Assembly: GCF_014280175.1 (NCBI RefSeq)
Contig: NZ_CP047931.1
Coordinates: forward strand, 1,950,001-1,982,000
Origin: Synechococcus sp. A15-28
GTDB taxonomy: Bacteria > Cyanobacteriota > Cyanobacteriia > PCC-6307 > Cyanobiaceae
DNA length: 32,000 bases
Reading direction: 5' to 3'
Shown here: piece after piece, positions 1 to 9,889 of the stretch
How the letters are laid out: each line of letters opens with the position of its first letter
Numbering within the stretch: the stretch's first letter is position 1
Made by a program: the position numbers and the translations under genes
The notes under the pieces: model-generated
Database searches by the model: none
The model's input: only the letters and a program-made list of their open reading frames with translations
Told to the model about the DNA's origin: nothing

Positions 1-1497
1 CTGATCAAAGGCCTCCAGGCAGACGCGACCGAAGGTGCTGCCCATCGGCTCCGGATTCCAGAGCAGCTTGCGTGCCGTCCACGGCATCATGCTCATCGGG
101 TTGTATCCAGGTTTGATCAGACCCTGATCAAAGCCGTATTGCTCCAGATGGGTGTGCGGCTGCAATCCGATGAAGAAGATCGCCGGTTCGACGCGATCGG
201 CACCAAAGATCGTTTCCAACTCACGGTGATAGGCAACGGTCTGACGAATGGTTTCGGGCCGTTCATCAATCACGTTGAAGGAGTAATTCACCGACACGTG
301 ATCACGGAACCCGGCATCAGCCAGCATCCGGCAGCTCTCCAGCACGGTTCTGAGGTTGTACCCCATGCGCATCTTGCGAACGAGTTCCTGGGAACCGGAG
401 GTGATGCCGATCTCGAAGTAGCTCATGCCCGTCTCCACCATCAGTTGCGCCAGCTCGGGATCGAGGTTGTCGGCGCGGATGTAGGCAGCCCAACGGATGC
501 CGGTGAGCCCCTCAGCTTTGATGGCTCGCAGTAATTCCTTGGCGTCCTCGATGTAGCGACGGGCAGGGATGAACTGAGCATCGGTGAACCAGAAGCCACG
601 CACCCCACGGTCGTAGAGCTGACGCATTTCCTTCACCACCTCCTCCACCGGATTCAGGCGAACCTGCTTGCCCTCAACAACGGTGTAGACGCAGTAGCAA
701 CAGTTGTGGGGACAGCCGCGTTTGGTCTGCACGCCGACGTAGAAGTCGCCCCCCTCGAGGTACCAGTTGAGCTGAGGCCAGATCGAGGCGATGTAGTCGT
801 AATCGCAGGCGGTCTTGGGCCGACTTTCCGGCTGTTCGTGGATCAATCCAGGGCGGGGTGACTCGCCCACCACAAAGCAACGTTCCTCATCGAGGGACGC
901 TCCCTGGATCAACTTCTCCAGCAGAGGTTCCCCTTCACCGATGGACACGATGGTTCCCTTCGGCAAGGAGCGCCCAAGCTGCTCGTAAAACACGCTGACC
1001 GCCCCGCCCCCAAGAACGGCACGGGCTGCCGGGTGATAACGACGGGCCTGTCGCAGTCCGGATCGCACCAAACCCTGATTGCGAAACAACTCTCCGTAAT
1101 GGGTGGTCATCAGCCGCAGTCCACCCAGAGCACCGTGCAGGCGCTTGAACGGGTTGCGGGCATAGAACACTTCAAAGGAGTTCTGAAGTGGATTGCCACC
1201 CCGTCCGTCGACGGGCGCGTAGATCTGGATGTCCCGCCAGGAGAACACCAGAAGCGTGGGCCGGAACTGATCGACGGTGGAGAGCAGGACCCGCTGAACG
1301 TCGAGGACTGGCAAGGCCGCCAGGTCAAGAATGCGTTGCGGCATTCCTGGAAAGCATTTGTGCAGATGGTCCGCCAGATAGATCGGACCGATCGGAAAAA
1401 TCGGATTACAGGGGAGCCGCACCAGCAGCACCCGTTCCTGGTTTGAGAACAACGCTGCTGCTGCAGGGATTTTCGGGACGCTAACAAGCGCCACCAC
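1..1497 (-). CDS. B12-binding-domain radical SAM protein. The N-terminal 499 codons are in the window and the C-terminus runs off the left edge. Possibly the cyanobacterial Slr0320-type PSII high-light-acclimation radical SAM family.
   Basis: This is my own reverse-strand translation. It is absent from the ORF track because no stop lies in the window. It reads ...ERVLLVRLPCNPIFPIGPIYLADHLHK...VGVQTKRGCPHNCCYCVYTVVEG...FEIGITSGSQELV... The CX3CX2C radical-SAM cluster motif is encoded at about 692-720. The frame is open from 1497 down to 1. The start is uncertain (GTG at 1497 or TTG at 1452). The three overlapping track ORFs at 1033-1514 have Arg/Ser/Cys-rich junk composition. Confidence 0.85.
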   Translation of the reverse strand, partial: MVALVSVPKIPAAAALFSNQERVLLVRLPCNPIFPIGPIYLADHLHKCFPGMPQRILDLAALPVLDVQRVLLSTVDQFRPTLLVFSWRDIQIYAPVDGRGGNPLQNSFEVFYARNPFKRLHGALGGLRLMTTHYGELFRNQGLVRSGLRQARRYHPAARAVLGGGAVSVFYEQLGRSLPKGTIVSIGEGEPLLEKLIQGASLDEERCFVVGESPRPGLIHEQPESRPKTACDYDYIASIWPQLNWYLEGGDFYVGVQTKRGCPHNCCYCVYTVVEGKQVRLNPVEEVVKEMRQLYDRGVRGFWFTDAQFIPARRYIEDAKELLRAIKAEGLTGIRWAAYIRADNLDPELAQLMVETGMSYFEIGITSGSQELVRKMRMGYNLRTVLESCRMLADAGFRDHVSVNYSFNVIDERPETIRQTVAYHRELETIFGADRVEPAIFFIGLQPHTHLEQYGFDQGLIKPGYNPMSMMPWTARKLLWNPEPMGSTFGRVCLEAFDQ

Positions 1498-1551
1498 GAA
1501 CAGCGCTCAACCATCCTTCACATTTGCTTTGTAAACGGGAGAACACACCTC

Positions 1552-1569
1552 TCAACCTTCCGTTACATT
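1552..1569 (+). promoter_or_regulatory. HLR1-like (RpaB-box-like) imperfect direct repeat TCAACCTT-cc-GTTACATT upstream of psbA, overlapping a TACATT -10-like hexamer
   Basis: The second half-site GTTACATT matches the HLR1 consensus (G/T)TTACA(T/A)(T/A) exactly. The first half-site matches 5 of 8 positions at the canonical 10-nt period. A further TTTACAAA half-site lies on the opposite strand at 1528-1535. Confidence 0.3.
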
Positions 1570-1576
1570 GGTGTGA

Positions 1577-1619
1577 GGCAGGGCGTCCCTGCCCTTCCTT
1601 AAACCGTTCCTTCGGGAAC
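1577..1619 (+). promoter_or_regulatory. Two small hairpins in the presumed psbA 5' leader
   Basis: GGCAGGG-cgt-CCCTGCC spans 1577-1593. GTTCC-ttcg-GGAAC spans 1606-1619 and has a UUCG-type tetraloop. Both lie 17-60 nt upstream of the psbA ATG. Confidence 0.35.
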
Positions 1620-1635
1620 ACTTCTTTCCGTTCTC

Positions 1636-2715
1636 ATGACCACCACCCTCCAGCAGCGCTCCGGCGCTTCCAGCTGGCAGGCCTTCTGCGAGTGGGTCAC
1701 CTCCACCAACAACCGTCTGTATGTCGGTTGGTTCGGTGTGCTGATGATCCCCACCCTGCTGGCTGCCACCATCTGCTTCGTCATCGCTTTCGTCGCCGCT
1801 CCTCCGGTTGACATCGATGGCATCCGCGAGCCTGTCGCTGGCTCCCTGATCTACGGCAACAACATCATCTCCGGTGCTGTTGTTCCTTCCAGCAACGCCA
1901 TCGGCCTGCACTTCTATCCCATCTGGGAAGCCGCTTCTCTCGATGAGTGGCTGTACAACGGCGGTCCTTTCCAGCTCGTCGTCTTCCACTTCCTGATCGG
2001 CATCTACGCCTACATGGGTCGTGAGTGGGAACTCTCCTACCGCCTGGGCATGCGCCCCTGGATCTGCGTCGCCTACAGCGCACCTGTCGCTGCTGCCTCT
2101 GCAGTCTTCCTGGTCTACCCCTTCGGTCAGGGCTCCTTCTCTGACGCCATGCCCCTGGGCATCTCCGGCACGTTCAACTACATGCTGGTGTTCCAGGCTG
2201 AGCACAACATCCTGATGCACCCCTTCCACATGCTGGGTGTTGCAGGTGTGTTCGGTGGTTCCCTGTTCTCCGCCATGCACGGCTCCCTGGTGACCTCCTC
2301 CCTGGTGCGTGAAACCACCGAGACCGAGTCCCAGAACTACGGCTACAAGTTCGGCCAAGAGGAAGAGACCTACAACATCGTGGCTGCCCACGGTTACTTC
2401 GGTCGCCTGATCTTCCAATACGCCTCCTTCAACAACAGCCGTAGCCTTCACTTCTTCCTGGCTGCCTGGCCTGTTGTCGGCATCTGGTTCACCGCCCTGG
2501 GCGTGTCAACCATGGCCTTCAACCTGAACGGCTTCAACTTCAACCAGTCCATCCTTGATGGTCAGGGCCGCGTCCTGAACACCTGGGCCGACGTGTTGAA
2601 CCGTGCCGGCCTCGGTATGGAAGTGATGCACGAGCGCAACGCTCACAACTTCCCCCTCGACCTGGCTGCTGCTGAGTCCACTCCTGTGGCTCTGCAAGCT
2701 CCTGCCATCGGTTGA
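1636..2715 (+). CDS. psbA: Photosystem II reaction-centre protein D1 (PsbA), Glu-130 (D1:2, stress/high-light) isoform
   Basis: The 359-aa translation is unmistakably D1: [49 protein letters not shown], and [13 protein letters not shown] followed by a C-terminal extension. Residue 130 in YMGR-E-WELS is Glu. Confidence 0.99.
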   Translation: MTTTLQQRSGASSWQAFCEWVTSTNNRLYVGWFGVLMIPTLLAATICFVIAFVAAPPVDIDGIREPVAGSLIYGNNIISGAVVPSSNAIGLHFYPIWEAASLDEWLYNGGPFQLVVFHFLIGIYAYMGREWELSYRLGMRPWICVAYSAPVAAASAVFLVYPFGQGSFSDAMPLGISGTFNYMLVFQAEHNILMHPFHMLGVAGVFGGSLFSAMHGSLVTSSLVRETTETESQNYGYKFGQEEETYNIVAAHGYFGRLIFQYASFNNSRSLHFFLAAWPVVGIWFTALGVSTMAFNLNGFNFNQSILDGQGRVLNTWADVLNRAGLGMEVMHERNAHNFPLDLAAAESTPVALQAPAIG

Positions 2716-2752
2716 TCTGGAATCAACAAACGATTCAGATCAACTGAATCGG

Positions 2753-2784
2753 AAAGCCCCCTCCGAGGAGGGGGCTTTTTGTTG
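2753..2784 (+). terminator. Rho-independent terminator of psbA
   Basis: AAAGCCCCCTCC (2753-2764) pairs perfectly with GGAGGGGGCTTT (2767-2778), followed by a T-run (TTTTTGTTG). Confidence 0.85.
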
Positions 2785-2825
2785 TGCAAACGCAATTAGC
2801 GATCAGTTCCGGTCACAATGCCGCC

Positions 2826-3206
2826 ATGAGCCACTCCATCTCCACTCGGCTGCTGCTGTTGCTGGCGCTGACCCTGCCAGCACAGGCTGCCGGACCGCCA
2901 CCAACCTGGCCCAGCAAGGATCAATTGCGTGCTGTTAAGAGGGCGGCGTTTGACTGTTCCAGGGAGAACAGCAAGGAAACCTGCGATCGCGCACGGTCTC
3001 TGGCTGACCCTCTGATGGATCACCCTTTGCTGCCTGGAGTCTGCAAGGACGTGGCCTGGAGCCTGTTGGAACAGGCCAGAGTGGCGCCAACCAACGATTA
3101 CAAACGTCGCGACGCCATCGACGAACCGGCACGGAGGATCACGCGGATCTGTGCCAAACCTGCCAAACCGAAGAAAGCCAAACCGGTGGCACCGACGCAG
3201 TCCTGA
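2826..3206 (+). CDS. Small secreted hypothetical protein (signal peptide, 4 Cys, Lys/Pro-rich tail)
   Basis: I moved the track ORF 2784-3206 to the in-frame ATG at 2826, because the GTG at 2784 lies inside the psbA terminator tail. The N-terminus MSHSISTRLLLLLALTLPAQA-AG looks like a Sec signal peptide. GC3-rich codon usage supports coding. The C-terminus is AKPAKPKKAKPVAP. Confidence 0.65.
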   Translation: MSHSISTRLLLLLALTLPAQAAGPPPTWPSKDQLRAVKRAAFDCSRENSKETCDRARSLADPLMDHPLLPGVCKDVAWSLLEQARVAPTNDYKRRDAIDEPARRITRICAKPAKPKKAKPVAPTQS

Positions 3207-3297
3207 TCAACAGGTAATCCCGCGTGAGGTCGACCACCTCAGGTAACGACAGCAACTGGTCGTACCCAACACGGTGGAAGGCCTTTTCCATGTTTAG

Positions 3298-4983
<1,686 letters not shown>

Positions 4984-5006
4984 AGAGAGAACCAATCACG
5001 AACAGC

Positions 5007-5034
5007 AAAGCCACCCCGAGGGGTGGCTTTTTTT
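5007..5034 (+). terminator. Rho-independent terminator after pgm, possibly weakly bidirectional toward the convergent efflux operon
   Basis: AAAGCCACCC (5007-5016), loop cgag, GGGTGGCTTT (5021-5030). The T-run extends to 5034. Confidence 0.85.
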
Positions 5035-5047
5035 GGTGGGATTCATT

Positions 5048-5344
5048 TCAGAGCGGACGACGGCCCCGGTACGGGTTCTTCGGGCGATAGAGAGGGTCGT
5101 TGGCCTCCTCTTGCAACTGGCGCATGGTTTCGATGGCGAAACCACCCAGGCCGCCTGAGCTGATCACCATCAGATAGAAGAGGCGCAGGCGCCGCAGATC
5201 GATCTCCGCCGGGCTGTTGTCGATCAGCACCTTGATGAAATAAGCCACCGCAGCCCCAAGGGCACAGCCAATGGCAACAGCCACCAGAACCCTCATGCCA
5301 CTGAAGGGCTTGGTCTGATTGAGCTCAGGCTTCTTTCCAGACAT
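5048..5344 (-). CDS. Small two-TM membrane protein, translationally coupled to the RND pump
   Basis: 98 aa from the ATG at 5344. The ATG overlaps the pump stop codon as TGATG. Two hydrophobic segments are present (VLVAVAIGCALGAAVAYFIKVLI and LFYLMVISSGGLGGFAI). Codon usage is GC3-rich. Confidence 0.7.
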   Translation of the reverse strand: MSGKKPELNQTKPFSGMRVLVAVAIGCALGAAVAYFIKVLIDNSPAEIDLRRLRLFYLMVISSGGLGGFAIETMRQLQEEANDPLYRPKNPYRGRRPL

Positions 5345-8300
5345 CAACCCGGCTGCGTGGTTGGGGTAGAAGCCTCATCCTGTGGCTTGGCATCCGCCTG
5401 ACCCAGCAACGACTTCATCACCACGTAGAACACAGGCACCACCAGGGTGGAGAGGAATGTGGCCACCAGCAGGCCGCCGAACACCACCAGACCCAGGGAC
5501 GACTGACTCTGGGCACCGGCACCGCTGGCCAGCATCAGCGGAAGGAAACCGGTAAGGGACGAGATCGCCGTCATCAGAATCGGCCGCAGACGGGATTTCG
5601 CTGAGAACTTGGCGGCTTCCAGGGCCGACTCACCCTCACCCATTTTCTGGTTGGCCAGGTCGACGATCAGAATCGCGTTGCCACCCGCCAGACCGATCAG
5701 CATCACCAGACCCACCTGGGCGTAGATGTTGAGAACCTGGCCGGCCCCGCCGAGGAACACCAGAGCACCAAGCAGTGCGGTGGGCACCGTCAGCAGGATG
5801 ATGATCGGATCGGAGTAGCTCTCGTACTGGGCCGACAGCACCAGGAACACCGCCAGGATGCCCAGGGCGAAGATCACGACGGCCAGGGATCCGGCCTTCA
5901 CTTCTTCACGGGAGATGCCAGTCCAGTCGAAACCGAGACCCTGATAGCTGCCAGCGCTGAAGATCTGCTTCATCGCCCCGATCGCCTGACCGGAACTGTT
6001 GCCCTCCTTGGGAGTGCCCTCGATCTTGATCGAGCGATAAAGGTTGAAGTGAGGAATCACACTCGGGCCCACGGTCTGTTTGACCGTGAAGAACTCCGAG
6101 AGGGGGACCTGCTCACCCTCGATGTTGGGCACATAGATGGCGGACAGGCGCTGAGGGGTGGCCCGACTCACTTCATCGGCCTGCACATAGACGCGACGCA
6201 CCTTGCCTTCCTGGAAGGTGTCGTTCACATAGGCACCACCGAAGTTGACGCTGAAGGCGGACATGGCGGAGCCGAAGTCCACGCCGAGAGACGCCATCTG
6301 CTCACGATCCACATTGATCTTGTATTGCGGCGCCTGAGGTGAGAACAGCGAGTAAACGCGGTTCAGCACGGGGTTGGCATTGCCGGCCTGCATGATCTGC
6401 TGCGCCGTGCCGAAGAAGTCGTTGAGGGAATAGACACCGCTGCTCTGATCCAGCAGCTGGAACTCGAAGCCACCGCCGGTGCCATAACCCGGGATTGAAG
6501 GCGGCTCCACCACGAACACCCGGCCGGCATCGATGGCGCCATACATCTTGGCGTTGAGACGCTTCACCACGGCACCCACGGTGTGTTCAGCGCCAGGACG
6601 TTCATCCCAGTGCTTCATGCCGATGAAGAACAGACCCTTGTTGGGTGCGTTGCCATCAAGGCTGGCGCCACTGAACAGGGCAGCGGAGGCCACATCCTCT
6701 TCAGTGCGAAGAACTTCAGCCACCTGGCGGTTGATCGCCAGGGTTTTCTCGTTGGAGACGCCATCAGGCGCCTGGACGAAACCGATGGCGTACCCCTGAT
6801 CCTCAATCGGCACAAAACCGCCGGGGATGCGGGTGAAGGCAAAGCCGGTGAGCAGGATGCCGGCCGCCAGGGCCGCCATCACGATCGGACGGGCCTTCAT
6901 GACAGCGTCCAGGATGGAGGCGTAGCGCTTCTCAAAGCCGCTGTAGAAGCGGTTGAAGTTGGTGAAGATCACCGGAACGAAGTAGCCCCCCACCAGACCA
7001 ATGGCGGTGAACAGCACCACCGGAATCGGATTGGTGAAGATCACGCCGGTGGTGACCACCCCGACGGCCGCTCCACCAGCGGCGAAGGGAAGTCGTAGGG
7101 GCATCCCGGTGATCTTGGAAGCGATGAAGCCGATCACGCCACCCGCCACCATCGGGACGATGGCGGCCGCAGCACCATTGCCGGCGCTGAGCAGTCCATA
7201 AAAAAAGCCCAGCACCACACCGGCTGTGGCGTACTGATTACGGCTGAGCTCCTTGGTCTCCTTGGAGAGCAACAACGCCGACAACATCGGCGAGAACGTC
7301 AACGCATTGAAGGTGGAGATGCCGATCGAGAAGAGAATCGTGGCGGCGAACTGCTTGTAGATCGTGCCGGTGGCACCGGGGAAGAACAGCACCGGCAGGA
7401 ACACCGCCATCTTCACCAGGGAGGTGGCGATCACAGCGCCGAACAGCTCATCCATGGTTTCCATGGCTGCCTGAACAGAGGTCATGCCCTCCGCCTTCTT
7501 GGCGGAGGTGTCTTCCACCACCGTGATGGCATCGTCCACCACCAGACCCGTCGCCAGCACCAGGCCGAACAGGGTGAGCTGGTTGAGCGAGAAACCGAAG
7601 GCCAGCACCAAGGCGAAGGTGCCGATCAACGCCACAGGAATGGCAATGGCAGGCACAAGCGTCGCCTTCCAGTTCTGCAGGAACAGGAACAGGATCAGCA
7701 CCACAAGAATCACCGCATCCCGCAGGGAGTTGGTCACACCCTTGATCGACTGGTTGATGAAGTCGGTGGTGTCGTAGATCTTCTGAACGCCGAGGCCCAC
7801 GGGAAGGGTTTTCTCGAATTCATCCAGCACATCCTTCACACCGTTGGACACCTCAATGGCGTTGCTGCCGCTGAGCTGATAGATGGCAATACCAACGGAT
7901 GGCGTTCCTTTGAGGTCCATGGCATCGATGCCGTAGATCTCACCGCCGAGCTCCACCCGCCCCACATCCTTGAGGCGCACCAGGCCACCGGCATCGGTGG
8001 TTCTCAGAATGATGTTCTCGAACTCCTGAGTGCTGGTCAGGCGGCCCTGGAGCTGAACCGTGAAGGTGTATTCCTGACCTTCAGGGGCTGGTGCACCACC
8101 AATCTTGCCAGCAGCTACGAGTCGGTTCTGACTGCGCAGTTGATTGACCACATCGGTGGCCGAGAGGTTGTTGGCGGTGAGTTTTTCGGGATCCAGCCAG
8201 AGCCGGAAGGCGATCTTCCTGTTGCCGAAGTAGGTGACATCGCCGACGCCTTTGACGCGCTTTACGTTGTCGGTGAGGTTCTTGTCGAGATAGCCACTGA

Positions 8301-8775
8301 TCGTCTCCACCGAGTATTCGGTCTTGGAGGGGTCTTCGTTGACGAAGTTGTAAACGAGCAGGATCGAGTTGGAGGCCTTGTTAACCGTCACCCCCGACTT
8401 GCGCACCTCCTCAGGCAGCTGGGGTTCGGCCAGGGAAACGCGGTTCTGCACGTTCACCTGATTGATGTTGCCGTCCGTGCCGCTTTCAAACGACACCGAG
8501 ATCGAGCTCACGCCATCGGAGGAGCTGTTGGAGGTGATGAAGTCCATGTTCTCCACCCCGTTGATCTGCTGCTCAAGCACAGAGGTGACCCCCTGCTCGA
8601 CAGCCTCGGCATCAGCGCCCACGTAGGTGGCCTGGACCTTCACCGTGGGAGGTGCAATATCCGGCAGGTTTTCGATCGGCAGAATCGGAATCGCGATCAA
8701 ACCGACGATCACGATCAGCAGACTGCAGACCGTGCTGAGGACCGGCCTGGTGATGAAATTATTGGAAGCAGACAT
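5344..8775 (-). CDS. RND efflux transporter permease (AcrB/AcrD/AcrF-type) with an extra hydrophobic insertion between TM6 and TM7
   Basis: 1143 aa. The N-terminus FITRPVLSTVCSLLIVIVGLIAIPILPIENLPDIAPPTVKVQATYVGADAE is typical of HAE-type RND pumps. The D-D pair in LATGLVVDDAITVVE matches TM4. The C-terminal half is also RND-like. Confidence 0.95.
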   Translation of the reverse strand: MSASNNFITRPVLSTVCSLLIVIVGLIAIPILPIENLPDIAPPTVKVQATYVGADAEAVEQGVTSVLEQQINGVENMDFITSNSSSDGVSSISVSFESGTDGNINQVNVQNRVSLAEPQLPEEVRKSGVTVNKASNSILLVYNFVNEDPSKTEYSVETISGYLDKNLTDNVKRVKGVGDVTYFGNRKIAFRLWLDPEKLTANNLSATDVVNQLRSQNRLVAAGKIGGAPAPEGQEYTFTVQLQGRLTSTQEFENIILRTTDAGGLVRLKDVGRVELGGEIYGIDAMDLKGTPSVGIAIYQLSGSNAIEVSNGVKDVLDEFEKTLPVGLGVQKIYDTTDFINQSIKGVTNSLRDAVILVVLILFLFLQNWKATLVPAIAIPVALIGTFALVLAFGFSLNQLTLFGLVLATGLVVDDAITVVEDTSAKKAEGMTSVQAAMETMDELFGAVIATSLVKMAVFLPVLFFPGATGTIYKQFAATILFSIGISTFNALTFSPMLSALLLSKETKELSRNQYATAGVVLGFFYGLLSAGNGAAAAIVPMVAGGVIGFIASKITGMPLRLPFAAGGAAVGVVTTGVIFTNPIPVVLFTAIGLVGGYFVPVIFTNFNRFYSGFEKRYASILDAVMKARPIVMAALAAGILLTGFAFTRIPGGFVPIEDQGYAIGFVQAPDGVSNEKTLAINRQVAEVLRTEEDVASAALFSGASLDGNAPNKGLFFIGMKHWDERPGAEHTVGAVVKRLNAKMYGAIDAGRVFVVEPPSIPGYGTGGGFEFQLLDQSSGVYSLNDFFGTAQQIMQAGNANPVLNRVYSLFSPQAPQYKINVDREQMASLGVDFGSAMSAFSVNFGGAYVNDTFQEGKVRRVYVQADEVSRATPQRLSAIYVPNIEGEQVPLSEFFTVKQTVGPSVIPHFNLYRSIKIEGTPKEGNSSGQAIGAMKQIFSAGSYQGLGFDWTGISREEVKAGSLAVVIFALGILAVFLVLSAQYESYSDPIIILLTVPTALLGALVFLGGAGQVLNIYAQVGLVMLIGLAGGNAILIVDLANQKMGEGESALEAAKFSAKSRLRPILMTAISSLTGFLPLMLASGAGAQSQSSLGLVVFGGLLVATFLSTLVVPVFYVVMKSLLGQADAKPQDEASTPTTQPG

Positions 8776-8784
8776 CGTTCAACC

Positions 8785-9864
8785 TCAGTTGGCCTTGGCG
8801 GGCTGCACCTGAACAGGCATCCCGTGCTTCAGGTTGAGCAGATTGGTGGTGGCCACCTTCTGATTGGCCTCAAGCCCCTTGGTGATCGGGTACAGCTGAT
8901 TCTCGAGTTCGCCCACGGTGACGGGGGTCTGCAGAGCGAACTGGGAATCGGCGGGAAGTTTGCCAGCCTTGATGCCCTTCTCCAGCTTGTCGAGGTCAGC
9001 CTTGCCAGGGTTCTGCTCGAGCTCCTCGAAACTGCCGAGGCGGAACACGAAGCTCTGGCCGGAGGTCTGGGTCACCGCTGCAAAGGGAACCGACAGCTCC
9101 TGTTGCGACTTGATCTGCACCCTGGTGCGCAGGCGCTGGCCATCGCGCAACTTGCCGTCGGCATTGGGGAAGACCGCCTTCACCAGAAGCCCCTGGGTCT
9201 TTTTGTTGACCCTTGGGTCGATTGAATCCACTTTGCCTGTGGCAATTACGTTCTCACTGCCTGGCGCACTGAGCAGCACCGGCTGACCCAGCGCGAGACG
9301 ACTGGCAAACACCGCAGGCACTTCAACGCGGGCTTCCAGCTCGTTGTTCTGAACCAGGCTGGTGAACACCTGCCCCTGTTGGATCACATCACCCACCTTC
9401 ACCTTCACATCGGCAACGGTGCCGCCGGAGGGGGAGCGCAGGTTGCTGTAACTCAGCTTGGCCATCGCTGAGATGTACTGGGTGCGATAGCGATCCAGCT
9501 CCTTCTGGGAGGTGGCTCCTGTCTCGGCCAGGTAGCGGTAGCGGTCGTAGTTGGCCTTGGCGGTTTCAGCCTTGGCTTTTTCTTCGGCTTGATCCAGCAC
9601 CACCAGCAACTGGCCGGGATCCACTTCATCGCCTTGCTTGATCTTCAGCTCAAGGATCCGGCCACCCGACTGTGCGGCCAGCTCCACCAGGTTGCTGGCC
9701 TCCAGGGTGCTGACGGTGTCGACCCCTTCGGTGAAATCCGCCATCTGGGCGGAGACGGCCTGAACCTTCGGCGGCGGCGGCGGCGGCTGAGGCGCTTCTC
9801 CCTTACAGGAACTGACGGTGACCAGAGCGGCGAGGGAAAGGAGCAGTCGCTGCGGATGACGCAC
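8785..9864 (-). CDS. Efflux RND transporter periplasmic adaptor subunit (membrane fusion protein), lipoprotein
   Basis: 359 aa with a GTG start. It has the lipobox VSSC, the lipoyl-hairpin motifs QGDEVDPGQLLVVLD and SPSGGTVADVKVKVGDVIQQGQ, and a coiled-coil segment. It lies 9 nt upstream of the pump gene. Confidence 0.92.
   Translation of the reverse strand: MRHPQRLLLSLAALVTVSSCKGEAPQPPPPPPKVQAVSAQMADFTEGVDTVSTLEASNLVELAAQSGGRILELKIKQGDEVDPGQLLVVLDQAEEKAKAETAKANYDRYRYLAETGATSQKELDRYRTQYISAMAKLSYSNLRSPSGGTVADVKVKVGDVIQQGQVFTSLVQNNELEARVEVPAVFASRLALGQPVLLSAPGSENVIATGKVDSIDPRVNKKTQGLLVKAVFPNADGKLRDGQRLRTRVQIKSQQELSVPFAAVTQTSGQSFVFRLGSFEELEQNPGKADLDKLEKGIKAGKLPADSQFALQTPVTVGELENQLYPITKGLEANQKVATTNLLNLKHGMPVQVQPAKAN
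9769..9786. repeat. (CGG)6 / (CCG)6 trinucleotide repeat encoding the PPPPPP linker of the adaptor lipoprotein
   Basis: Read directly from the sequence: cgg cgg cgg cgg cgg cgg at 9769-9786. Confidence 0.9.
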
Positions 9865-9889
9865 GGAGGTTGAGCCAATAGGCGATTAT

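Noticed and set aside
1552-2451. A 299-aa ORF antisense to psbA, plus several shorter overlapping ORFs (1524-1811, 1599-1823, 1865-2083, 2021-2215, 2506-2697).
   Set aside because: psbA on the plus strand is unambiguous. The antisense products are low-complexity Gly/Asp/Val/His-rich shadows, typical of high-GC coding regions.
2784-2825. A GTG start at 2784 for the small secreted protein.
   Set aside because: This GTG lies within the T-tail of the psbA terminator. The in-frame ATG at 2826 begins a proper signal peptide.
3201-3212. The 12-mer TCCTGATCAACA is repeated at two gene ends (3201-3212 and 20793-20804). Several stop codons are also embedded in TGATCA palindromes.
   Set aside because: The repeat is short, only two copies occur, and both sit in an ordinary stop-codon context. 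It is most likely chance and gives no evidence of a mobile element or regulatory motif.
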